From Rebecca billardiae RCC1528 (lineage: Eukaryota; Protista; Haptophyta), in assembly GCA_965240325.2 (NCBI GenBank), contig OZ251242.1:868001-932000 (forward strand): DNA of 64,000 bases. Direction: 5' to 3'. This document shows, in pieces, positions 10,169 through 19,245 of this stretch (the first letter of the stretch is position 1; each line of letters opens with the position of its first letter). Both the position numbers and the translations under genes were made by a program. The notes beneath the pieces were generated by a model. It saw only the letters and a list, made by a program, of their open reading frames with translations, had not been told where the DNA came from and did no database searches.

Positions 10169-11994
10169 CTACGCACCCCGGCGGCGCCGCAGGGGTGGCA
10201 GCTGCGCGATGCGCGCAGGAGAGACGAGGTCGGCCATCCCGTCGTCGGAGCTCACGCCGTGGCCGAGCGCTGCAGACTGCTTGCCGCACGAGTACGCGCC
10301 GCCGTCTGACGTGATCCAAAGCGCCTGGTTCCACTCGAGAAAGCAATCCACCAGCTGGCCGTGCGCTGGGGCATGCACACGCACCGGGAGCAGCTGATCT
10401 GCATAAGCTGAGCCGATGCCGAGCTGGCCGTGGTCGTTGTCGCCAAAGGTGTACACGCTGCCGTCCGCGCCGATCACCGCGCTGCACTCACAGCCCGCGC
10501 TGGCGCGCACGATGCGCACGCCCTGCAGCGCCTCGATGCGCCTGGGCACGAGTGCGTCAGATTCGTCACCATGGCCAAGGCAACCACGCATCCCACACCC
10601 GAACGAGTGCACACCGCCCGTGGCATCCACCACCAGGCTGTGCTCCCCGCCAACGCTCACGTGCACGGCGCGCACGCCCTCCAGCGCCTCGATGCGCTGC
10701 GGCGTGTGCAGGGGTTGCTGGTCGCCATGCCCGAGGCGGCCTCCTTCGCCGTCACCGCATGAGTACACGGCACCGCTCGTCGACAGTAGCAGCGTGTACC
10801 CGCCACCCGCGGACATGCCGCCCACGTGCACACCCTCCAGCGCCTCGATGCGCACAGGCTCCAGCCGATTCGCAGTGTCGCCGTGGCCGAGCTGGCCGTA
10901 CTGGTTCCATCCCCAGCTGTACACTCCGCCCGCTGCGGTGAGCGCGAGGCTGTGGTCTCCACCAGCGGCGATGCCCACGACGAGCCCCATGCTGCTCATG
11001 CCCAGCGCGGTGAAGACTCGGCCTTGTAGCCCAGGCCCAGCTGGCCGTAATAATTCTCACCGCACGCGTACACGGCACCACAGTCGCTCAGCGCGAGCAG
11101 GTGACCATAGCCAGCAGCCACCGCACGTATGCATACCGCCGAGAGCGATGGCACGCGCGTCGGCACGAGGACCGCTGCCGAGTCGCGCAGCTCTGGATGG
11201 GCCAGTGCGGCGGGCGCCCACAGCCCCGTCTCAACCTCCTCACCGCACGTGTGCAGCCCGCCCGATGCATCCACGAACGCGCTGAACATCCAACGCTCAT
11301 CCCCATCAGTGCCACACCCAACCACGCACGCATGCGCATCCGCGTGCTCCAGCACACGCTCGCGCGCGAACAGCTCCGCCCGCCACGAGCACGCGCCCGC
11401 TGGGAGAACCGCCGGCAGCGCGCCCTCGTGCCCGCGCCGCCGCGCGCGCTCGCGCAGCGCGTGCTCCACCGGCGAGCGTTCGCCGGGCGCGCCGCGGAAG
11501 AGGCGCGACGTGGCGTTAGCACGCGCCACATCATGCTCAGCCTCGAGCCAGCCGAGGATGCGCGAGACCACGTCCGTCGGCAGGTCGCACAGCGTGAGTC
11601 TAGCTGTCATCGTCGGCGTTGCCGCAGTGTCGCTGGGAGGCGGCTCGCGCTGCATGACGATCGACCCATCCGGCGCGGCGCAGCCGGTGCATGTCGCCAC
11701 ATCGACATGCCGCCAAGAGCCGAGCTCGTGAATGCCGTCGAACTGCGTCCTCGCCGACGCCGCCTTCGTCACGCGCTTGCACCCCGGCCGGCCGCACCGC
11801 ACGACGCAGCGCTCGGACGCGAGCGCGCGCTGGAAGAGGCACACGTTGTGCGCGACGTGCTCGTCGCCGCACGCGAGCTGCGCCCACGGCTGGCTGCCAA
11901 TACGATCGTCGCACAGCGCGCACGGCACCTCGAAGACCGGGGACGCGGCGGCGGCGCCATCGTCCGCGAGCGAGCGCTTGCGCGAGGGCTCCAT
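10169..11994 (-). pseudogene. RING/F-box/RCC1 copy C, frameshifted
   Basis: Full-length homologue split into ORFs 10996-12036 and 10169-10999. The segment at ~11018-11030 is 7 nt shorter than in copy B. Confidence 0.82.
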
Positions 11995-12346
11995 GTCGTC
12001 CGGAGCTCGCCTTGCGCGCGCGATCGTTGTGCTCACGATGACCGTTGCGCGGCGGATTTCGCTTCAATTGTGTCACAGCGTAGTGACGTACTGTCTGTAC
12101 GACTGTTTCGCGGCCCCCGCTTGTTAATAACTAGATACTCATACGGTATGGGGGTAGCTACTAAGAAGGCGTTTCATCAGTGTCATGTGCTGTTGCCTGC
12201 TCGGACAGCCGGAGCACCCGCGTTTGCTCACTGACAGCACCCCACGGCGCACGTGCCGTCACGCGCCGCCTGCGTCTCCATCGGCGGCTGCAACAAGCAC
12301 GCACCAGCCGGTTGCGACTTGGCCCCGCGCCAACGCGCACCGAGTG

Positions 12347-14155
12347 CTACGCACCCCGGCGCCACAAGGGTGGCAGCTGCGCGATTCGCGCAGGAGAGGT
12401 GAGGTCGGCCATCCCATCGGCAGAGCTCACGCCGTGGCCGAGCGCGGCCGACTGCGTGCCACACGAGTGCGCGCCGCCGTCTGACGTGATCCAAAGCGCC
12501 TGGCCCCAATCGAGAAAGCAGTCCACCAGCTGGCCGTGCGCTGGGGCGTGCACGCGCACCGGAAGCAGCTGATGCCCGCCAGCTGAGCCGATGCCAAGCA
12601 AGCCGTGCTCGTTGGCGCCAAAGGTGTACACGCTGCCGTCCGCGCCGATCACCGCGCTGCACTCACTGCCCGCACTGGCGCGTACGATGCGCACGCCCTG
12701 CAGCGCCTCGATGCGCCTGGGCACGAGTACGTTGGATTCGTCACCATGGCCAAGGCCACCGTAATCCCCAGGCCCGAACGAGTGCACACCGCCCGTGGCA
12801 TCGACCACGAGGCTGTGATAATCGCCCGCGCTCACGTGCATGGCGTGCACGCCCTCGAGCGCCTCGATGCGCTGCGGCGTGCGCAAAATGAGCTGGTCGC
12901 CATGCCCGAGTCCGCCTGTGTCACCGGAACCGCACGAGTACACAGCACCGCCCATCGACAGCAGCAGCGTGTGCCAGCAACCCGCAGACATGCCGCCCAT
13001 GCGCACGCCGTCCAGCGCCTCGATGCGCACTGGCTCCAGCCGGTCCTCAGTGTCGCCGTGGCCGAGCTGGCCGCTGTCGTTCCATCCCCAGCTGTACACA
13101 CCGCCCGCAGCAGTGAGCGTGAGGCTGTGGTATGCACCAGCGGCGATGCCCACGACGAGCCCCATGCTGCTCATGCCCAGCGCGGTGAAGACACGGCGTG
13201 TCTCATTGTCGCCCAGGCCGAGCTGGCCGTCCTCATTCTCACCGCACGCGTACACGGCACCACCGTCGCTCAGCGTGAGCAGGTGTCGATAGCCAGCAGC
13301 CACCGCACGTATGCATACCGCCGAGAGCGATGCCACGCGCGTCGGCACGAGAACGGCTGATTCGCGCAGCTCCGGATGGCCCAGCGCAGCGGGCGCGCAC
13401 AGCCCCGTCTCACCAGACTCCTCACCGCACGTGTGCAGCCCGCCCGATGCATCCACAAACGCGCTGAGCGCACTTCGCACATCGGCTTGGCTGCCGCATA
13501 CGGCCACGCACGCATGCGCATCCGCGTGCTCCAGCACACGCTCGCGCGCGAACAGCTCCGCACGCCACGAGCACGCGTGCGCGGGGAGAACCGCCGGCAG
13601 CGCGCCCTCGTGCCCGCGCCGCCGCGCGCGCTCGCGCAGCGTGTGCTCCACCGGCGAGCGTTCGCCGGGCGCGCCGCGGAAGAGGCGCGACGTGGCGTTA
13701 GCACGCGCCAGATCATGCGCGCACTCGAGCCAGCCGAGGATGCGCGAGACCACGTCCGTTGGCAGGTCGCACAGCGTGAGGCCAGCCGGCGCTGTCAGCA
13801 CCGGCTCGCGCTGCACGGCTGTCGACCCATCCGGCGCGGCGCAGCCGGTGCACGTTGCGACGGCGACATGACGCCACATGCCCAGCTCGTGAAAACCGTC
13901 GTACTGCGTCCTCGCCGACGCCGCCTTCGTCACGCGCTTGCACCCCGGCCGGCCACACCGCACGACGCAGCGCTCGGACGCGAGCGCGCGCTGGAAGAGG
14001 CACACGTTGTGCGCGACGTGCTCGTCGCCACACGCGAGCTGCGCCCACGGCTGGCTGCCAATACGATCGCCGCACAGCGCGCACGGCACCTCGAAGACCG
14101 GGGACGCGGCGGCGGCGCCGTCGTCCGCGAGCGAGCGCTTGCGCGAGGGCTCCAT
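12347..14155 (-). CDS. RING-H2-like + F-box + RCC1-repeat protein, copy D
   Basis: Intact ORF with the same architecture as copy B. Confidence 0.88.
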   Translation of the reverse strand: MEPSRKRSLADDGAAAASPVFEVPCALCGDRIGSQPWAQLACGDEHVAHNVCLFQRALASERCVVRCGRPGCKRVTKAASARTQYDGFHELGMWRHVAVATCTGCAAPDGSTAVQREPVLTAPAGLTLCDLPTDVVSRILGWLECAHDLARANATSRLFRGAPGERSPVEHTLRERARRRGHEGALPAVLPAHACSWRAELFARERVLEHADAHACVAVCGSQADVRSALSAFVDASGGLHTCGEESGETGLCAPAALGHPELRESAVLVPTRVASLSAVCIRAVAAGYRHLLTLSDGGAVYACGENEDGQLGLGDNETRRVFTALGMSSMGLVVGIAAGAYHSLTLTAAGGVYSWGWNDSGQLGHGDTEDRLEPVRIEALDGVRMGGMSAGCWHTLLLSMGGAVYSCGSGDTGGLGHGDQLILRTPQRIEALEGVHAMHVSAGDYHSLVVDATGGVHSFGPGDYGGLGHGDESNVLVPRRIEALQGVRIVRASAGSECSAVIGADGSVYTFGANEHGLLGIGSAGGHQLLPVRVHAPAHGQLVDCFLDWGQALWITSDGGAHSCGTQSAALGHGVSSADGMADLTSPARIAQLPPLWRRGA

Positions 14156-14669
14156 GTCGTCCGGAGCTCGATCCGTGTGGTCACGATGAGCAACCGTTGG
14201 GCGGAGGATTTCGTCGTCATCGATTGTACAGCGTCGCCCCCGATACTGTGTGTTCAAAACCAGTTTCCAGGTCTCTCTTCGGAGAGCGTGCGATGAAGGA
14301 TGGCGCGGCAACCTGCCACCGTGAGCCTTACGCACGTTAAAACAAATAAACTGTACAGGCCCATACTGTCGTGTACGACTGTATTGCGGCTGCGCGCTTG
14401 TTAGATACTCATACTACGGTATGGGGGTACTAAGAACTAAGACGTTCATCAAAGTTGTCCTGTGCTGTTGGCTGTTGCCTGCTCGGACAGCCGAAGGCAC
14501 CCGCGTTTGCTCAATCACGTCAATACTGTCATACAGGGCTCACGAGTCACGTGCCGTCACGCGCCGCCTACGGCTCCATCCGACGTCCATCGGCGATTCG
14601 GCGGCTGCCACGAGCACGCGCCGGCCGGTTGCGACTTGGCCCTGCGTCACCGCGCACCGAGTGGCAGTG

Positions 14670-16484
14670 CTACGCACCCCGGCGGCGCCGCAGGGGTGGC
14701 AGCTGCGCGATGCGCGCAGGAGAGACGAGGTCGGCCATCCCGTCGGCAGAGCTCACATCGTGGCCGAGCGCTGCAGACTGCTTGCCGCACGAGTACGCGC
14801 CGCCGTCTGACGTGATCCAAAGCGCCTGGTTCCACTCGAGAAAGCAATCCACCAGCTGGCCGTGCGCTGGGGCATGCACACGCACCGGAAGCAGCTGAAC
14901 TCCATAAGCTGAGCCGATGCCGAGCTGGCCGTTGGTGTTGTCGCCAAACGTGTACACGCCGCCGCCCGCGCCCATCACCGCGCTGCACTGGCTGCCCGCG
15001 CTGGCGCGCACGATGCGCACGCCCTGCAGCGCCTCGATGCGCCTGGGCACGAGTGCGTCAGAGTCGTCACCATGGCCAAGGCAACCAGCATCCCCACACC
15101 CGAACGAGTGCACACCGCACGTGGCATCCACCACCAGGCTGTGATTCTCGCCCGCGCTCACGTGCATGGCGTGCACGCCCTCGAGCGCCTCGATGCGCTG
15201 CGGCGTGCGCAGAATGAGCTGGTCGCCATGCCCGAGTTCGCCTGTGTCACCGGAACCGCACGAGTACACAGCACCGCCCATCGACAGCAGCAGCGTGTGC
15301 CAGCAACCCGCAGACATGCCGCCCATGCGCTCACCGTCCAGCGCCTCGATGCGCGTCGGCTCCAGTCGGTCCTCAGTGTCGCCGTGGCCGAGCTGGCCGC
15401 TGTCGTTCCATCCCCAGCTGTACACACCGCCCGCAGCAGTGAGCGTGAGGCTGTGGTATGCACCAGCGGCGATGCCCACGACGAGCCCCATGCTGCTCAT
15501 GCCCAGCGCGGTGAAGACACGGCGTGTCTCATTGTCGCCCAGGCCGAGCTGGCCGTAAGAATTCTCACCGCACGCGTACACGGCACCACAGTCGCTCAGC
15601 GCGAGCAGGTGTCGATAGCCAGCAGCCACCGCACGTATGCATACCGCCGAGAGCGATGCCACGCGCGTCGGGACGAGGACAGCTGCCGAGTCTTGCAGCT
15701 CCGGATGGCCCAGCGCAGCGGGCGCGCGCAGCCCCGTCTCACCAGACTCCTCACCGCACGTGTGCAGCCCGCCCGATCCATCCACAAACGCGCTGAGCGC
15801 ACTTCGCACATCGGCTTGGCTGCCGCATACGGCCACGCACGCATGCGCATCCGCGTGCTCCAGCACACGCTCGCGCGCGAACAGCTCCGCACGCCACGAG
15901 CACGCGTGCGCGGGGAGAGCCGCAGGCAGCGCGCCCTCATGCCCGCGCCGCCGCGCGCGCTCGCGCAGCGCGTGCTCCACCGGCGAGCGTTCGCCGGGCG
16001 CGCCGCGGAAGAGGCGCGACGTGGCGTTAGCACGCGCCAGATCATGCGCGCACTCGAGCCAGCCGAGGATGCGCGAGACCACGTCCGTCGGCAGGTCGCA
16101 CAGCGTGAGGCCAGCCGGCGCTGTCAGCACCGGCTCGCGCTGCACGGCTGTCGACCCATCCGGCGCGGCGCAGCCGGTGCACGTTGCGACGGCGACATGA
16201 CGCCACATGCCCAGCTCGTGAAAACCGTCGTACTGCGTCCTCGCCGACGCCGCCTTCGTCACGCGCTTGCACCCCGGCCGGCCACACCGCACGACGCAGC
16301 GCTCGGACGCGAGCGCGCGCTGGAAGAGGCACACGTTGTGCGCGACGTGCTCGTCGCCACACGCGAGCTGCGCCCACGGCTGGCTGCCAATACGATCGCC
16401 GCACAGCGCGCACGGCACCTCGAAGACCGGGGACGCGGCGGCGGCGCCGTCGTCCGCGAGCGAGCGCTTGCGCGAGGGCTCCAT
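14670..16484 (-). CDS. RING-H2-like + F-box + RCC1-repeat protein, copy E
   Basis: Intact ORF with the same architecture. Confidence 0.88.
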   Translation of the reverse strand: MEPSRKRSLADDGAAAASPVFEVPCALCGDRIGSQPWAQLACGDEHVAHNVCLFQRALASERCVVRCGRPGCKRVTKAASARTQYDGFHELGMWRHVAVATCTGCAAPDGSTAVQREPVLTAPAGLTLCDLPTDVVSRILGWLECAHDLARANATSRLFRGAPGERSPVEHALRERARRRGHEGALPAALPAHACSWRAELFARERVLEHADAHACVAVCGSQADVRSALSAFVDGSGGLHTCGEESGETGLRAPAALGHPELQDSAAVLVPTRVASLSAVCIRAVAAGYRHLLALSDCGAVYACGENSYGQLGLGDNETRRVFTALGMSSMGLVVGIAAGAYHSLTLTAAGGVYSWGWNDSGQLGHGDTEDRLEPTRIEALDGERMGGMSAGCWHTLLLSMGGAVYSCGSGDTGELGHGDQLILRTPQRIEALEGVHAMHVSAGENHSLVVDATCGVHSFGCGDAGCLGHGDDSDALVPRRIEALQGVRIVRASAGSQCSAVMGAGGGVYTFGDNTNGQLGIGSAYGVQLLPVRVHAPAHGQLVDCFLEWNQALWITSDGGAYSCGKQSAALGHDVSSADGMADLVSPARIAQLPPLRRRRGA

Positions 16485-16998
16485 GTCGTCCGGAGCTCGA
16501 TCCGTGTGGTCACGATGAGCAACCGTTGGGCGGAGGATTTCGTCGTCATCGATTGTACAGCGTCGCCCCCGATACTGTGTGTTCAAAACCAGTTTCCAGG
16601 TCTCTCTTCGGAGAGCGTGCGATGAAGGATGGCGCGGCAACCTGCCACCGTGAGCCTTACGCACGTTAAAACAAATAAACTGTACAGGCCCATACTGTCG
16701 TGTACGACTGTATTGCGGCTGCGCGCTTGTTAGATACTCATACTACGGTATGGGGGTACTAAGAACTAAGACGTTCATCAAAGTTGTCCTGTGCTGTTGG
16801 CTGTTGCCTGCTCGGACAGCCGAAGGCACCCGCGTTTGCTCAATCACGTCAATACTGTCATACAGGGCTCACGAGTCACGTGCCGTCATGCGCCGCCTAC
16901 GGCTCCATCCGACGTCCATCGGCGATTCGGCGGCTGCCACGAGCACGCGCCGGCCGGTTGCGACTTGGCCCTGCGTCACCGCGCACCGAGTGGCAGTG

Positions 16999-18819
16999 CT
17001 ACGCACCCCGGCGGCGCCGCAGGGGTGGCAGCTGCGCGATGCGCGCAGGAGAGACGAGGTCGGCCATCCCGTCGGCAGAGCTCACATCGTGGCCGAGCGC
17101 TGCAGACTGCTTGCCGCACGAGTACGCGCCGCCGTCTGACGTGATCCAAAGCGCCTGGTTCCACTCGAGAAAGCAATCCACCAGCTGGCCGTGCGCTGGG
17201 GCATGCACACGCACCGGAAGCAGCTGAACTCCATAAGCTGAGCCGATGCCGAGCTGGCCGTTGGTGTTGTCGCCAAACGTGTACACGCCGCCGCCCGCGC
17301 CCATCACCGCGCTGCACTGGCTGCCCGCGCTGGCGCGCACGATGCGCACGCCCTGCAGCGCCTCGATGCGCCTGGGCACGAGTGCGTCAGAGTCGTCACC
17401 ATGGCCAAGGCAACCAGCATCCCCACACCCGAACGAGTGCACACCGCACGTGGCATCCACCACCAGGCTGTGATTCTCGCCCGCGCTCACGTGCATGGCG
17501 TGCACGCCCTCGAGCGCCTCGATGCGCTGCGGCGTGCGCAGAATGAGCTGGTCGCCATGCCCGAGTTCGCCTGTGTCACCGGAACCGCACGAGTACACAG
17601 CACCGCCCATCGACAGCAGCAGCGTGTGCCAGCAACCCGCAGACATGCCGCCCATGCGCTCACCGTCCAGCGCCTCGATGCGCGTCGGCTCCAGTCGGTC
17701 CTCAGTGTCGCCGTGGCCGAGCTGGCCGCTGTCGTTCCATCCCCAGCTGTACACACCGCCCGCAGCAGTGAGCGTGAGGCTGTGGTATGCACCAGCGGCG
17801 ATGCCCACGACGAGCCCCATGCTGCTCATGCCCAGCGCGGTGAAGACACGGCGTGTCTCATTGTCGCCCAGGCCGAGCTGGCCGTAAGAATTCTCACCGC
17901 ACGCGTACACGGCACCACAGTCGCTCAGCGCGAGCAGGTGTCGATAGCCAGCAGCCACCGCACGTATGCATACCGCCGAGAGCGATGCCACGCGCGTCGG
18001 GACGAGGACAGCTGCCGAGTCTTGCAGCTCCGGATGGCCCAGCGCAGCGGGCGCGCGCAGCCCCGTCTCACCAGACTCCTCACCGCACGTGTGCAGCCCG
18101 CCCGATCCATCCACAAACGCGCTGAGCGCACTTCGCACATCGGCTTGGCTGCCGCATACGGCCACGCACGCATGCGCATCCGCGTGCTCCAGCACACGCT
18201 CGCGCGCGAACAGCTCCGCCCGCCACGAGCACGCGCCCGCTGGGAGAACCGCCGGCAGCGCGCCCTCGTGCCCGCGCCGCCGCGCGCGCTCGCGCAGCGC
18301 GTGCTCCACCGGCGAGCGTTCGCCGGGCGCGCCGCGGAAGAGGCGCGACGTGGCGTTAGCACTCGCCAGATCATGCGCGCACTCGAGCCAGCCGAGGATG
18401 CGCGAGACCACGTCCGTCGGCAGGTCGCACAGCGTGAGGCCAGCCGGCGCTGTCAGCAGTGGCTCACGCTGCACGGCGATCGACCCATCCGGCGCGGCGC
18501 AGCCGGTGCACGGCGCGACGGCGACATGACGCCACATGCCCAGCTCGTGAAAGCCGTCGTACTGCGTCCTCGCCGACGCCGCCTTCGTCACGCGCTTGCA
18601 CCCCGGCCGGCCGCACCGCACGACGCAGCGCTCGGACGCGAGCGCGCGCTGGAAGAGGCACACGTTGTGCGCGACGTGCCCGTCGCCGCACGCGAGCTGC
18701 GCCCACGGCTGGCTGCCAATACGATCGCCACACAGCGCGCACGGCACCTCGAAGACCGGGGACGCGGCGGCGGCGCCGTTGTCCGCGAGCGTTGAGCGCT
18801 TGCGCGAGGGCTCCATCAT
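16999..18819 (-). CDS. RING-H2-like + F-box + RCC1-repeat protein, copy F
   Basis: Intact ORF. Propeller region appears identical to copy E (offset 2329 bp); upstream region is distinct. Confidence 0.88.
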   Translation of the reverse strand: MMEPSRKRSTLADNGAAAASPVFEVPCALCGDRIGSQPWAQLACGDGHVAHNVCLFQRALASERCVVRCGRPGCKRVTKAASARTQYDGFHELGMWRHVAVAPCTGCAAPDGSIAVQREPLLTAPAGLTLCDLPTDVVSRILGWLECAHDLASANATSRLFRGAPGERSPVEHALRERARRRGHEGALPAVLPAGACSWRAELFARERVLEHADAHACVAVCGSQADVRSALSAFVDGSGGLHTCGEESGETGLRAPAALGHPELQDSAAVLVPTRVASLSAVCIRAVAAGYRHLLALSDCGAVYACGENSYGQLGLGDNETRRVFTALGMSSMGLVVGIAAGAYHSLTLTAAGGVYSWGWNDSGQLGHGDTEDRLEPTRIEALDGERMGGMSAGCWHTLLLSMGGAVYSCGSGDTGELGHGDQLILRTPQRIEALEGVHAMHVSAGENHSLVVDATCGVHSFGCGDAGCLGHGDDSDALVPRRIEALQGVRIVRASAGSQCSAVMGAGGGVYTFGDNTNGQLGIGSAYGVQLLPVRVHAPAHGQLVDCFLEWNQALWITSDGGAYSCGKQSAALGHDVSSADGMADLVSPARIAQLPPLRRRRGA

Positions 18820-19245
18820 GCTGTCGTCCCGAGCTCGTCACGACTGCGATTCGCCAGCCGCCAGTGCAGATGACCGTTGGGCGGCCGCATTTCTTTTCGT
18901 CGGATATTTATTTCGCGCCTTCAGCATGTTGCGCGTTTGATTCGTTTCGGATGCAGCCCGCCATCACGGTCGCACGCGAGTCGGTGAAGACGACACTGTT
19001 CAAAGTGATTCGTCAGCCAATCGTCAGAGGCAGACTGATAATACCGACCTAGCCATCCGCTGCTAGGTCTACTGTAGGCTTGGACGAGGCGTGCGTGCTG
19101 TAGGCGAGCGAGCGCGCAGTAGTGATGCGCTAATAAGACGCAGCAGAATCGGCACAGCGCCCGCCCGTTGCAAACGCAATGCCGCAGCATGCATGATTCA
19201 TCATGCATCATGGCGGGCACGTACGCCATCAGACATGAGGCGATC

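Larger units (their letters stand above)
7066..18819 (-). repeat. Tandem gene array, unit ~2.2-2.35 kb, 5 full units plus 1 partial
   Basis: Spacers 9655-10168, 14156-14669 and 16485-16998 are nearly identical. Confidence 0.95.

Noticed and set aside
7822-18819. Diversity-generating retroelement acting on the RCC1 genes
   Set aside because: Variation is spread over all blades and is not adenine-restricted, there is no TR/VR pair, and the only RT is a DIRS-order RT/RNase H about 35 kb or more away.
7822-18819. UVR8 photoreceptor or RCC1 orthologues
   Set aside because: No GWRHT triad; the RING/F-box N-terminus and variable surface argue against either.
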